Translations under genes and position numbers: made by a program
Source: a virus
Virus record (IMG/VR): IMGVR_UViG_3300044797_000318
Span: 1-64,000 of that record
Strand: one strand, 5' to 3'
Length of the DNA: 64,000 bases
Part shown: in pieces, positions 37,706 to 48,532 of the stretch
How positions within the stretch are numbered: position 1 is the stretch's first letter
How the letters are laid out: the number at the start of each line of letters is the position of its first letter
The notes under the pieces: generated by a model
What the model was told of the DNA's origin: nothing
The model's database searches: none
The model's input: the letters and a program-made list of their open reading frames with translations, nothing else

Positions 37706-38649
37706 TTCTTGTTCCTCAACAATGCTTTTGCTAATAAAAACATCCTATCATCATCGCCATCTTGTTTAAACACATTTATTTGGTTTAATATAAATCTAAC
37801 ATTAGACTTTACATAACCATTGCTTGGTATAATTTTATCTATCGATATGGAGTTCCATTGAAAACCCGTTCCACAATGTTTTAGATTATCTCGTCGTTTT
37901 TGCATTGGTATTCCAGTCAATTCGCACTTCCACTCAATTTTATTAAGTCTATCAAGAATCCACTCTTTATCTAAATCAAACGGTATAGATTCTTTTTTAC
38001 TTATATATTTTGTTCGTCTTGTGATTTCCGCAGCAATACCCTTATCAGTTAATCGATAATCTTTTACTGTTTTACTTTCGCATTTTTGGCAAACATTATT
38101 TTCCCAATATCCTTTTTGATTATTACCGCGTAATCTGAATTGTTTCAAATCTAGCCATTCATCACAAATTTTACACAATTTTTGCTTACCATCTTCGCTA
38201 TAAATGTTTTCACGCTCTCTCAAAATATACCCATACTCACATTCAGTGCATTTGGTACCATTTACCCTATCACCAATCCAAGCCCTCCATTCGTGATTAT
38301 TTATACATTTCCACCATACTTTTTTCTTTGTATTAGGTAATACTTTTTCTGGTATTAATTCATTTCTATCATAGTTCCATTCTTTTGCGACACCAGGAAA
38401 TAAAGTTAGTAAGCAATTATCTATGCACGCCAATTTATTGGCGCAATATGGGCACCCATTTTTCATAAAAACGCGAGCGTGTATAGAGGCTTCCCATTCG
38501 TGATTTTTAAAACAAATCCACCACACTTTGGCAGAACTGCTCTTATAATAAGCTTCTGGCGACAAAGCATTTTTTGTATAATTCCATTCCAAACATAAAG
38601 CGGGAGCGTCAATTTTCAGATTATAACTGTCAAGATTTCTTTTTACCAT
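37702..38649 (-). CDS. Homing endonuclease-like protein with Zn-ribbon repeats and HNH-variant C-terminus
   Basis: Two KVWWxC..HEW...C..C repeats; CELTG...SIDKIIPSNGYVKSNV...N. Confidence 0.8.
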   Translation of the reverse strand: MVKRNLDSYNLKIDAPALCLEWNYTKNALSPEAYYKSSSAKVWWICFKNHEWEASIHARVFMKNGCPYCANKLACIDNCLLTLFPGVAKEWNYDRNELIPEKVLPNTKKKVWWKCINNHEWRAWIGDRVNGTKCTECEYGYILRERENIYSEDGKQKLCKICDEWLDLKQFRLRGNNQKGYWENNVCQKCESKTVKDYRLTDKGIAAEITRRTKYISKKESIPFDLDKEWILDRLNKIEWKCELTGIPMQKRRDNLKHCGTGFQWNSISIDKIIPSNGYVKSNVRFILNQINVFKQDGDDDRMFLLAKALLRNKK

Positions 38650-38697
38650 ATCAACATATATAACTATTGATAGGCGGGTCTGAAATAATTACTTGAA

Positions 38698-38979
38698 TTA
38701 TAAAAATATCTTCAATTTTAACATTTTCAATGCGGCAGCTTCATCATTAAAATGCTTGCCAAATGGATAAATCCAATCATCATCTTGTAATTCTTGATGA
38801 TCAGCTCGTAAAATTTCATTAGGATTTCCGCCTAATGTTTTGAACGCCGAAAACTTTAAAGCAATAACAAAATAATCACCAATATTATTTCTCATCTCAT
38901 AAAGAAGTCCATTTTCATTAATGATTACCTCTTCTCCTTCATAAAATTTCTCCCAATATTTTTTAATTTCCGGATGCAT
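38698..38979 (-). CDS. Small hypothetical protein ending LKLKIFL
   Basis: 93-aa ORF. Confidence 0.65.
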   Translation of the reverse strand: MHPEIKKYWEKFYEGEEVIINENGLLYEMRNNIGDYFVIALKFSAFKTLGGNPNEILRADHQELQDDDWIYPFGKHFNDEAAALKMLKLKIFL

Positions 38980-38983
38980 TGTT

Positions 38984-39823
38984 TCACTTAATAATTAACA
39001 TCGGCAATTCCATTCTGCTAGAAGAGCCATCTATCTGAATATCTTGCACCGCTTCCATTTTCTCTTTGGTCACGGATTCTAATTTGCGAATGGTTACTCG
39101 ATAAGATCCGGTATTTAATGAGGCCATCCACTTACCGTTTCCAATTGTTCTTGTCTTGAATACTATCTGCATAGTATTGATATCGATAATTTCTACATTG
39201 GCTAAGAAAATAGCTTTCCCATTTTTATCTACACAGCGCTGCATAATAGCAACTTGATTGGGAGCTGTATCTGTTGTTGGCTGAGATTTTGTTGTCTTGG
39301 CTGGGGGCGCCATTACTGCACCAGCTCCCTTTTTAGAGGAAGCTTGTGGCGGCACTATAATTTCAGAACCAGCAGTACGCCCTGGTGGCGGCGGAACTGC
39401 CTGTTGCCCCGGAGGAGCAGACGGCATAGTTGGAAGCTGCATAGGTAGTTTTATCTCTTGCTGTGGAGGCTGCTGCTTATCCTTTACATAAGTTTCTGGT
39501 CTGGAATTACGTCGAAACCCATGTGGAGAATTTTCTTGTGGCAAACTAGATTCCACCACAAATGGAATATTTCTCTCTGGATCATTTCCGGGAAGATTAA
39601 CTACTCCCTTAGGAATCATTGGCAGCGGAGGGGTCTGCACCGTCTCTACAATAATCTTGGGGGGTGGCCCTTGCTGCTTGTCAAGACGCGTAATTACTTC
39701 ATTTAATTTATTAGACAGTATCTTATTATTTAAGTCTGATGCGCGAAAGAGTCCTATCAAAGTATCAACTTTAGCTTCTAAATCTAATAATACATCTGTT
39801 GCTTTTCTTGGTTCCTGTCCCAT
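38984..39823 (-). CDS. Pro-rich protein with C-terminal beta-sandwich (carboxypeptidase-regulatory-like)
   Basis: N-terminal coiled coil; VDKNGKAIFLANVEI...T...GKW...GSYRVTI. Confidence 0.7.
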   Translation of the reverse strand: MGQEPRKATDVLLDLEAKVDTLIGLFRASDLNNKILSNKLNEVITRLDKQQGPPPKIIVETVQTPPLPMIPKGVVNLPGNDPERNIPFVVESSLPQENSPHGFRRNSRPETYVKDKQQPPQQEIKLPMQLPTMPSAPPGQQAVPPPPGRTAGSEIIVPPQASSKKGAGAVMAPPAKTTKSQPTTDTAPNQVAIMQRCVDKNGKAIFLANVEIIDINTMQIVFKTRTIGNGKWMASLNTGSYRVTIRKLESVTKEKMEAVQDIQIDGSSSRMELPMLIIK

Positions 39824-39832
39824 TGTACCCTT

Positions 39833-40561
39833 TTATTCTAAGAAAAGGCCAACTTTCACCTTTATTCTCTTGATAATAATTATATCATCAATTGGGATAG
39901 GATTTCCATCGCACATCTCATGTTCTCCAAAAACTAAGGCCCTAGCTTGGTCTTCAATCTCTTCCTTGGGACCAGAACAAACCGGTATACCAGTAACAAT
40001 GAGTAAGAATAAATTATCTTCTAAATCAGATACTACTGATAACAAATCATCATCACCAACTGATTGGTGAGGAGGGGCGGCAAACTGTTCCGGCAACCCC
40101 TCAATCACCACTTGACCCTGATTGAATTGAGGTTGAATATCATCAGCATTAATTCCATTTTGGAAACCAAATGCTTGGTCACTTACAAAATCATTATTAT
40201 CAATCATTTCTTTGTTAGGATCGATTGGTGTTGAGTTTAATTCACCTGTTAAATCATCCACAATTTCACCATCCACACTAGACCATGTATGCTCCATATT
40301 ATTACCTACATTAGGAACTGGGCCTCTACCCCTACCGATTGGAGAAATGGTAGTCTCAGCATAGGGCTGACGAAGAGGTGCACGTTTAAGACGTGGATTA
40401 TCGGGACTGGGCCCGGCAATTTTTACATTACCAGGCAGTATAGCCCCTTTATATTCTTGCGGTTCTATACCATGAACCTGATGCTGCGGCACATACGGCT
40501 TATAGTCCACAGGTCTATTCCTATTAGGGTTAGTATATATTTTTGTTTTTCCATCAGTCAT
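39833..40561 (-). CDS. Hypothetical protein
   Basis: 242-aa ORF. Confidence 0.75.
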   Translation of the reverse strand: MTDGKTKIYTNPNRNRPVDYKPYVPQHQVHGIEPQEYKGAILPGNVKIAGPSPDNPRLKRAPLRQPYAETTISPIGRGRGPVPNVGNNMEHTWSSVDGEIVDDLTGELNSTPIDPNKEMIDNNDFVSDQAFGFQNGINADDIQPQFNQGQVVIEGLPEQFAAPPHQSVGDDDLLSVVSDLEDNLFLLIVTGIPVCSGPKEEIEDQARALVFGEHEMCDGNPIPIDDIIIIKRIKVKVGLFLE

Positions 40562-40573
40562 GTTAGTTCCAAA

Positions 40574-40960
40574 TTATTCTGAATAACGATTGCGCTTAGT
40601 AGTTCGCTCTCTACGATTCTTGGCGTGTTCCGAATGTCGGCACTCACCTTTACTACACATTTCCATTTGCTTGCGCTTGGATTCGTTAATCTTTCTCCTA
40701 CGTTTGTCGGAGGGCTTCTCGTACGATTGCTTTTCTTTATATGCGGAAAGAACTCTTTCCTTTTGCACGAGGGCTCGGAAAGCTCTGAGAGCTTTATCGA
40801 AATTGTTGCCGTAGACTTTGACTTCAAGCGGTTGAGCTTGAATAGCCTCTCCTGGGCCTACTCTATGGTCGTTGACTGCGACTGGCTGCGTTTCACCTCC
40901 CCTCGGTGCCTTTTTGAAGTTTCTTCTATTTCTTTTATTTCTTTTATTTTGGTCTTTCAT
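40574..40960 (-). CDS. rpsU: Ribosomal protein bS21 with basic N- and C-terminal extensions
   Basis: VKVYGNNFDKALRAF...KEKQSYEKPSDKRRRK. Confidence 0.85.
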   Translation of the reverse strand: MKDQNKRNKRNRRNFKKAPRGGETQPVAVNDHRVGPGEAIQAQPLEVKVYGNNFDKALRAFRALVQKERVLSAYKEKQSYEKPSDKRRRKINESKRKQMEMCSKGECRHSEHAKNRRERTTKRNRYSE

Positions 40961-40975
40961 AATCGAAAACCCGTT

Positions 40976-42337
40976 TTAACCTTTAAAATATTTGTCCATG
41001 TTCATTGCGCCGGTATTCAATAGATTTTTATCCTTGACTAGTCGGTTAAGTGCGTTTTGTATATCCTTTTCTGTTGGAGCCTTCCTATCATTAGCTAAGG
41101 CTTCAAACATAGAAGAGATATACAATTCCTTTAAGTAAGCATAAGAAAACTCGTACTTAGCAGCATATTTGGCAAGTTCCTTTCCTTTTTTAAGAGAAAT
41201 AAGATTGCCAAACCATCTTTTAAGATATATATGAGCCATTTCTGCGTTTGGTAGAGGAATCTCAAATTTTCTATCAAATCTAGACGGTCTATCAGTAATA
41301 TTAGACTTTAATTTTTTAACTTCATTAGCAGTAGCTATAACCAGCAAACCATTCTTTGCCGAAATACCATCCATTAAATTAAGGAAAGAAGAGGGGTCCA
41401 CACTCTTTTCGAGTAGAGAATCCAAATCCTCAAAATAAAGTAAAGAAGGGCTTTGTTCTTCTGCATAAGCAAAAGCCTCACGCACTGCTTCGTCATTAGC
41501 ACCTGCCACAATGGTGACTGGCTTAAAATTGTAAGCCGACATAATTGTTCTAATAATGGAAGTTTTGCCATTGCCCGGTTTTCCATACAAAAGAATACCA
41601 CGCTTCCAAGGAATTTTGTTTTCCAAATAGAAATCCTGGGAGGCTAAGAAATTCTCAACTAAGTTTTTAAGTTCTGTCTTGATTTCTTCTGGTAGAAATA
41701 AATCGGCCCAAGTATGATCCTTGGTGTAGGGCAAATCTTCTCCTTCCACTACACGAATATGCAGATTACTACGATCTCTTTCCACTACCCATTTATCAAA
41801 ATCATTACGAAGTTTAACATATCCTTCATAGTTCTTGCTAGAACATATAATGAAAAAACTAATTTCATCTTCGTTCTGATTTCCCTTATGAAATAAAGCG
41901 GCATGTAGAAATTCCACTCCTCTCGCCTTAATCAAAAACACACCCTGAGCAAAAAACTTCTCAAAATCGTGCTCGGTCTTCCAAGAGATAAGCGAATCTT
42001 TATATAGGCATTTAATGGCAATCTTACGCTCTTCGCAGAACTGTAAGAATTGTCCATCTATAATAATTCTATTATGAACGAATTTATTAAGATCATGATG
42101 ATCATTTAACGCATTTTTATATTGTCTCAATGTCCAATCCATTAAATCAATAAAATTAGCGGGTGGACGATTTTCAGTTAGTGAATGTGGATCGTGCTCT
42201 AAACCAGTCAATCTAGCCAAGGATAAATTTTCTTGGGTTTCCATGTCTTCGGGGGCTAAATATTGTTCTTTTTGTGTGGTCATGCTTTGATAACTCGTTC
42301 TTTCAATAAAATTAGGTACGTCGATTATCGACTCCAC
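40976..42337 (-). CDS. AAA+ ATPase
   Basis: WKRGILLYGKPGNGKTS, YFEDLD, FLNLMDG, ATAN and RPSRFDRK; start uncertain. Confidence 0.9.
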   Translation of the reverse strand: MESIIDVPNFIERTSYQSMTTQKEQYLAPEDMETQENLSLARLTGLEHDPHSLTENRPPANFIDLMDWTLRQYKNALNDHHDLNKFVHNRIIIDGQFLQFCEERKIAIKCLYKDSLISWKTEHDFEKFFAQGVFLIKARGVEFLHAALFHKGNQNEDEISFFIICSSKNYEGYVKLRNDFDKWVVERDRSNLHIRVVEGEDLPYTKDHTWADLFLPEEIKTELKNLVENFLASQDFYLENKIPWKRGILLYGKPGNGKTSIIRTIMSAYNFKPVTIVAGANDEAVREAFAYAEEQSPSLLYFEDLDSLLEKSVDPSSFLNLMDGISAKNGLLVIATANEVKKLKSNITDRPSRFDRKFEIPLPNAEMAHIYLKRWFGNLISLKKGKELAKYAAKYEFSYAYLKELYISSMFEALANDRKAPTEKDIQNALNRLVKDKNLLNTGAMNMDKYFKG

Positions 42338-42432
42338 TTAGAAATTCCATAAGTCTTACTACTAGCAAAAACGGGATAATTGAAATAACTAATAGTGCCA
42401 TACAAATAGACTCGAACACATAATATAGAAAT

Positions 42433-44232
42433 TTACGCATTCGCGACCCGTAAGGGCAGAGCCCCGAGATTAACAGTATTTCTGCACTTTGGAAATCCAG
42501 AACATCCTAAAAACTTATCACCTGTTTTAGTCGTGCGAACTGACATTGGGCTTCCACACTTGGTGCACATCTCGGCACCACGACCTAAATATGCCTTGTC
42601 CAATTCCTTCTTGAATTCTGGGAAAAACTTTTTTAGCATATCGATATGATTTATTTTACCACATTCAATTTCATCCAGTTGATTTTCCATCTTGGCGGTG
42701 TAATTATAATCCATAAAAGTGAAGAATTGAACTAATTCATCGGTAATTTTTTTACCTAAATCAGTAGCATGGAAAACGCTACCCTTCTTCTCCACATAGT
42801 TACGAGTCGTAATTTTGCTAAGAAGCTCGGCATAAGTAGCGGGACGACCAATATTTTTATTAACTAGTTCTTTGATTAACTTATCTTCGGAGTATCTTGG
42901 AGGGGGTTGGGTTTGTTTCTTTTCCATCTGGACAGGAATTTGTCCAAAGAGTTGACAAACATCACCCATCTGTAAAAGCGGTATTTCGATCTTAGAGTTA
43001 TCTTCAATACCCAAGATTTCCAAAAATCCTTTTGTCTTGATAGCTTTACCCGAAGTCTGGACTTTGGTTTTTTTGTCGTTCTGAACATGTGCAGTCACCC
43101 TAAGTGTATCATAAATGGCTGGCGACATCTGGCTAGCCACAAAATGTTTCCAAATGGTTTCATATACCATTTTTTCATCTGGATCAATAATTGCAAAATT
43201 ATCTTTGGGCAGCAGTGTTAGATCGGAGGGGCGGATGCATTCATGAGCATCCTGGGCCGCATCTTTGTTCTTGTAGACTGGCGGTTTCGTTGGAATAGCG
43301 TACCTATTAGCAGTCAGCCAAGCACGAACTTCTTGCACTGCCTCTTCACCTACTCTGACAGAATCTGTTCTAATATAAGTACAATAGCCTGCCTCATACA
43401 AACTTTGAGCAGCTTTCATAGTACGGTCTGCCGACATACCATGTTCTTTGGACATGATGCGTTGAAGTGTAGAAGTTACCAATGGCGGTTGAGGGTACTT
43501 AGCTTCTGCATCAGAGGAAACTTCAGAGATAATATATGATTTTCCGCTCAGGGCAGCCTGAGCGGCCATAGCAGTTTTCTCGTCAGTGGGACGACCAACA
43601 TATTTAGTGTTGAACCCCATCTTACCATCTTTTGACAAGACAACCTGAATAGTCCAAAACTCTTCTGGAATAAATGCTTCGATTTCTCGTTCACGATCAA
43701 TAACCATACGAGTAACTACCGATTGAACACGGCCGGCCGACAACTTGGGACCAAAAAAGTTCATCAAAAATGGGGATGCCATAAATCCGACCAGACGATC
43801 CAATATACGACGAGCTTCCTGAGAATGAAAGAGGTTCATATCAATGTCCCTCACGTCTTTCACGGCTTGTTGCAATTTAGCCTTTTTAATCTCGTTAAAG
43901 ACCATGCGCTTAATAGGCTTACCCGTATCGGCCAAACGTTGAGCAAGGTGCCAAGCAATAGCTTCTCCTTCACGATCAGGGTCGCTTGCTACAAAAATTT
44001 GATCAACTTTTTTAGCAGCAGCCAATAAAGCATCTAGGGTATCTATCTTATCTTCCATTAGAACATAGTGTGGTCGAAAGTCTTTTTCGACATCAACCCC
44101 TAAACCAAATCGTCCACCTTTAGCCAAATCTGTAATATGGCCCTTGCTGGCTAATACGCTAAAATCCTTACCCAGATAAGCTTGAATTTTTTCTGCCTTG
44201 GCTGGCGATTCTACAATCACGAGAGTTTTCAT
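42433..44232 (-). CDS. topA: DNA topoisomerase I (type IA)
   Basis: IVESPAK, DPDREGE, SAGRVQS, CTYIRTDS (catalytic Tyr), AHECIRP, GRPATY and a C-terminal Zn ribbon. Confidence 0.97.
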   Translation of the reverse strand: MKTLVIVESPAKAEKIQAYLGKDFSVLASKGHITDLAKGGRFGLGVDVEKDFRPHYVLMEDKIDTLDALLAAAKKVDQIFVASDPDREGEAIAWHLAQRLADTGKPIKRMVFNEIKKAKLQQAVKDVRDIDMNLFHSQEARRILDRLVGFMASPFLMNFFGPKLSAGRVQSVVTRMVIDREREIEAFIPEEFWTIQVVLSKDGKMGFNTKYVGRPTDEKTAMAAQAALSGKSYIISEVSSDAEAKYPQPPLVTSTLQRIMSKEHGMSADRTMKAAQSLYEAGYCTYIRTDSVRVGEEAVQEVRAWLTANRYAIPTKPPVYKNKDAAQDAHECIRPSDLTLLPKDNFAIIDPDEKMVYETIWKHFVASQMSPAIYDTLRVTAHVQNDKKTKVQTSGKAIKTKGFLEILGIEDNSKIEIPLLQMGDVCQLFGQIPVQMEKKQTQPPPRYSEDKLIKELVNKNIGRPATYAELLSKITTRNYVEKKGSVFHATDLGKKITDELVQFFTFMDYNYTAKMENQLDEIECGKINHIDMLKKFFPEFKKELDKAYLGRGAEMCTKCGSPMSVRTTKTGDKFLGCSGFPKCRNTVNLGALPLRVANA

Positions 44233-44244
44233 ATTGCTAAACCT

Positions 44245-45260
44245 TTATAAATCACAACAGTACCATCCACCACAATTCTTACATTCAGAAACAAAACAAT
44301 CTTCACAAACATCTTCTACGCATTTGTGTTTTGGACAAACTACATCAGGATTATTGCAACATTTACCAGAACATGGGCAGAATGTTGTTTCATTAACTAA
44401 ATTCTCATTTTCGCACGCATCCTTATCAAAATCTAATTTTTCTCTATTACTGTCTAATAAATTTTGCTTCGATGAATAAGGGCGCAAATTACTTAATTCC
44501 CAGCAATCTCGAAATGACCGATCTACCATTGAAGTGTAATTAAAACTACTGTGTGGAATGATATGGTCTATCTGCCATGTCCAAGTAGATGGAACATTGT
44601 CGTTCCAAGTTTTGATCTTATAAGAACCATAGTTATTCCAGTTCATCCATGGTTCGAATTGCTTTTCGAGATGATCTTTCAATTCTTGAATAGTGTATGG
44701 AAGGTATTGAGAAACTGATTTATTATTCTTACTTAAACCACTTTTAAATAGGAAATACCAAACTTGACTTGATACCCTTCTTCTAATTTTGAATAATAAA
44801 TCGCTTTGACTGCGATTTTTGTAATATTCCCTACGGTAATTATCTACTTTTCTTTGTTGTTTTTATAATACTCTTTTTGAACTGCGACTACTTTGTCTTT
44901 ATTGTTTTCGTAAAACTTTTTGTGCTGGATATTAATATCCGACTTGTTTTCTTTATAAAAAAGAGAATTTCGGGCAGCTATTTCATCTTTATTATTTTCT
45001 CTGTATTCTTTTTGAATACTAACAATACTTTCTCTATTTGTCTTGTAATATTCTTTTTGATACTCCAAAATATCATCTTTGTTATTTTCATAATAAATCT
45101 TCTTACCATTTGCAATGACAGATTTGTTATTCTCTCGGTAATCTTTGGCACAATCTTTACACATTGATTGTAGCCCGTCTTTAAATCTTTTGCCCTTTGA
45201 AAAGCAGCCTTTATCCTTCTCAACCCCGCATTTACTACATATTTTTGTATTATTATTCAT
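44245..45260 (-). pseudogene. HNH homing endonuclease split by a -1 frameshift near 44846, with a Cys-rich tail
   Basis: The first part (MNNNTKICSKC, KEY repeats) ends GAA AAG TAG. The -1 frame continues VDNYRREYY...YLPYTIQELKDHLE...WQIDHIIP...NLRPYS. Confidence 0.8.
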
Positions 45261-45705
45261 GATACATATCCAAACGAATATTAATAGCTTTTTTGAGGAA
45301 CTATTAGCTGACATTGAGTGCCAACCCACTACTCGTATATATATCACCAGCATTTACGGAAAATACAAGACCGCCCAATTCGATCTATCCAAAGATAGTG
45401 TCACTTTGCTGTTTGCGCAAGCCCGCAATAAACAAGATTTTTTGACTTACCAAAATTTGGGGGACTGGATTTTTTTCGCCAATACGATCGCGCCCCAACA
45501 TCTTCGGTTTGCAAGTAAAGATTATTATGATACAATAGCTCGACTTTCTTATTACTCTTGCTATAAATTAATTAATTGTCAGTGGCAACTTTTTGAGGAA
45601 TTGGCGGACGACTTCATCATCCTAGAAGAAGAAGTTAAAAAGCGACTACCAGCTCTTAGTACTCAAATCGTTCAGGGTACTTATATCGACCCTTACGGTT
45701 CGTAA
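45259..45705 (+). CDS. Hypothetical protein
   Basis: MIHIQTN...QNLGDWIFF...DYY...SY...LFEELADDF; protein-like ORF on the opposite strand. Confidence 0.65.
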   Translation: MIHIQTNINSFFEELLADIECQPTTRIYITSIYGKYKTAQFDLSKDSVTLLFAQARNKQDFLTYQNLGDWIFFANTIAPQHLRFASKDYYDTIARLSYYSCYKLINCQWQLFEELADDFIILEEEVKKRLPALSTQIVQGTYIDPYGS

Positions 45706-46159
45706 TTTCAGGTCGTTTTTTAGTTGATTTTTGATTAAAACTCCACATAGTAGCTCCGCACGGACATCCCACCATTTCCGTTACATTTTTTTCTGTTTTG
45801 GGATCTAAATCACGAACTCTGTGTACTGTGGGACGATATTGTTTATCGCCTAAAATAAAAGAAAAGTCTTCAATAGTTTGGAAAAACTTAGGCTCACTAT
45901 CTAAATACCAATCATCCGTCAATCGTTGAACCCAGCCCCTCATCCATTTTGAGACAGTAAGTCGGGATCGCGGGTCTTTCCACAAATAGGGATTTCTAAT
46001 ATAGTAATAATAAATAGGTGGCTCTCCACACTGTATGCAGCGAGCACCTCGCGGCATAAAAGTAGAAGAAATGTTCACCTGTATCACTTCCGCTTTATAC
46101 ATGGGATTAAACCTTCTTAACAAAGCAGTTATCTCTTTGTCCTTAATTTGTATTTTCAT
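45656..46159 (-). CDS. Hypothetical protein with Cys pairs
   Basis: CIQCG...CPCG; 167 aa. Confidence 0.7.
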   Translation of the reverse strand: MKIQIKDKEITALLRRFNPMYKAEVIQVNISSTFMPRGARCIQCGEPPIYYYYIRNPYLWKDPRSRLTVSKWMRGWVQRLTDDWYLDSEPKFFQTIEDFSFILGDKQYRPTVHRVRDLDPKTEKNVTEMVGCPCGATMWSFNQKSTKKRPEITNRKGRYKYPERFEY

Positions 46160-47520
46160 TGCATTGCTATCTTAGCACGTTCCACTATTTTTTTACGAAT
46201 TCGATTGACGTAGGCCATACCCCCCATTTGGTAATGGGGCGGCACCCTCAAATGAGTAACAGTAACGGGTGTCCCCGGTTCTATATCTCGCATATGGATT
46301 TTACAAAAACTATAATTTATAACCGAAGACATTAATGATATTTTGGATTTACGATGAATGATATTCAATAGTTTACCAATGTAAAATGGTTTTGTGTAGG
46401 ACGCTTTTCTTCCACCAATATAAAATTCTTTGGTTTCATTTTTAATACTAAATCTATCGGTAATAACGCTATCATACTCAGATATACCATCAAACAAACA
46501 TAAAGTATCATCTAGTAAGTTATCTATTTTATAACGCTTCTTATTTTTGATAACAAAAAATGGGAGAGAGGCCTCTAACAACTTAATATATTCTTGAAAA
46601 ACTCTGTGTTGAAACCCCATATGGTTATCATTAGTGTTTAGCAAATAGGCAGTCATTTCCACCGGAGAAGATTTCAGAAGATTGGAAAACGCTTTGTAAA
46701 CATGTTGCTTGTGCTTGACCGTAGCATCTGAGCTACTATACGGTACATTATTGCTTTGCGTCTCAATAATCTCTTGAAGAAATTTCAGTTTGTCTTGCAA
46801 ATCTTTTGCCACTTCAAGTTGCGTGTAAATGTCAATTTCTTGGGATGGTATATTGTCCTTTAAGATAAATCCACCATCCTGAGGAACATCTAAAATTAAC
46901 TTTTCTGGATTAGATTTAGAAGTAGGATGATGCATTTTGCGTAAGCCATTAATATCACCTACGAAAAAACAATCAAAATAAGGACATGAAACTTTGGAAA
47001 AATTATCTAGTGGATGCGGAATAAATCTTTGACAATCTGCGCAGTGATACCCCTGCTTATTGTGAGTGGCAAAAGTATTAAAAAAGAAAATCTTCTTTGG
47101 GTCGATAGTTTGTTGCAACTCAAATTTACACTCATCGCACTTAAACACCTTATCAGAAACGAGGGCAGAATACTCTTTACCTAAAAAAAGACACCCAGGA
47201 CAAATGTATTCTATTTTTTGTTTAACTACAAATGGCTTAGATAGTTTTTTACAAAATGCATTGGCTATATAAAAAAGATAGCTATCCATCTCCTCCATAG
47301 AAGAATTTTTATTAATGAAAGAAACGCAACCAGTACGCAGCTCTTCAATCAACTCTTCTTTCAAGGCGCGCAAAGAGAGCTGACTATCATTCTTGAAAAA
47401 GATGCGATGTAAAGTAGTAATTCCTTGTTCGTGTTTTTTAATAAACTCTTCTACTAAAAAATCTACGTCTATTAAATTGAGTGGGCGGACAGATTGCATT
47501 ATTCTCCAAAATAACTGCAC
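46156..47520 (-). CDS. Hypothetical protein with central Zn-binding Cys clusters
   Basis: 454 aa; CPGC, CDEC, CADC and CPYFDC. Confidence 0.75.
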   Translation of the reverse strand: MQLFWRIMQSVRPLNLIDVDFLVEEFIKKHEQGITTLHRIFFKNDSQLSLRALKEELIEELRTGCVSFINKNSSMEEMDSYLFYIANAFCKKLSKPFVVKQKIEYICPGCLFLGKEYSALVSDKVFKCDECKFELQQTIDPKKIFFFNTFATHNKQGYHCADCQRFIPHPLDNFSKVSCPYFDCFFVGDINGLRKMHHPTSKSNPEKLILDVPQDGGFILKDNIPSQEIDIYTQLEVAKDLQDKLKFLQEIIETQSNNVPYSSSDATVKHKQHVYKAFSNLLKSSPVEMTAYLLNTNDNHMGFQHRVFQEYIKLLEASLPFFVIKNKKRYKIDNLLDDTLCLFDGISEYDSVITDRFSIKNETKEFYIGGRKASYTKPFYIGKLLNIIHRKSKISLMSSVINYSFCKIHMRDIEPGTPVTVTHLRVPPHYQMGGMAYVNRIRKKIVERAKIAMQ

Positions 47521-48485
47521 ACTTCTGTTGCGGTAGTATATGCCACTTGAAATCGTTCTAGGTGTCGAAAATTATCTCTCAACAAAGCATCTCCCTTGCC
47601 TAATAAATCTTCTGCCCCGGAGGCATCCAATATTACTTTGGAATCCACATGGCTAGCTACTTTACAAGCAATCCTGGCGGGAAAGTTGGCTTTGATAGCG
47701 CCATTAACAATATTAACAGAGGGTCTCTGAGTAGATAAAACAATGGACATTTGTGCGGCTCGGCATTTTTGTGCCAAACGACATAACTTATTAAAAAAGA
47801 TATTTTCTTTGTCTTGCATAATAAGATCGGCAAACTCATCGATAATAATAAGAATTGGTTTGAGATCTTGGGTTTGCCAACCAACTCTAAGTTTATTATA
47901 CCTATCTTCCATAATTTCAATCATATTAGATAGAAGTTCTAACGTATCATCATATGTGAAATACACCTGAGTATTTTTCAGCTTGTCATATGGGGCAAAT
48001 TCGATCCGCTTTGGATCAATAAGAAATAGTTCAGCGTCATCGTAATTAAGCACATTAGCAACAATGTTGTGCAGTAAAACACTTTTACCAGAACCAGTAG
48101 TACCAGCAATAAGCATATGTGGATTTTGCAGTAAATCTATCCACACTTTTTTACCATCCACACTTTGTCCCAATAAAGCTATCAGCCCGCCATTTGGTAT
48201 ATCATCATTATTAAAATAATCAAATAGTTTAAGTGTCTTACCAGTAGGGGTAATAAACTCTAATCTGACCAAACCCAATTCGCGCATGATTTTAATACTA
48301 GGTTTGCATGGCTTTCTAAGGGCTAACGAGATTTCATCACTATATCTTTGGATATCTTTCACCTTAGTATTAGGGTGAAGTTTAAGATCGTAGTAAGTAT
48401 AGTTATCGATCTGATTAGCTGCCGAACAAGTAGCTTGAATATGAAATGAGTTTAATATTTGATTGAACTGACTTATAGTTTCCAT
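47499..48485 (-). CDS. FtsK/SpoIIIE-family ATPase (motor domain only)
   Basis: PHMLIAGTTGSGKS, IDPK, IIDEFADL, STQRPS, IKANFPARI and GAEDLLGKGD. Confidence 0.92.
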   Translation of the reverse strand: METISQFNQILNSFHIQATCSAANQIDNYTYYDLKLHPNTKVKDIQRYSDEISLALRKPCKPSIKIMRELGLVRLEFITPTGKTLKLFDYFNNDDIPNGGLIALLGQSVDGKKVWIDLLQNPHMLIAGTTGSGKSVLLHNIVANVLNYDDAELFLIDPKRIEFAPYDKLKNTQVYFTYDDTLELLSNMIEIMEDRYNKLRVGWQTQDLKPILIIIDEFADLIMQDKENIFFNKLCRLAQKCRAAQMSIVLSTQRPSVNIVNGAIKANFPARIACKVASHVDSKVILDASGAEDLLGKGDALLRDNFRHLERFQVAYTTATEVCSYFGE

Positions 48486-48532
48486 TTTATACCCTACAAC
48501 ATAACCATATAAATTAGAAGGGCAAGGGGATC

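Noticed and set aside
40558-40827. 89-aa alternative minus-strand ORF over bS21
   Set aside because: An alternative frame of a recognised gene, with no independent support.
44844-44846. Amber readthrough restoring the HNH gene
   Set aside because: The continuation lies in the -1 frame, so suppression alone would not restore it.
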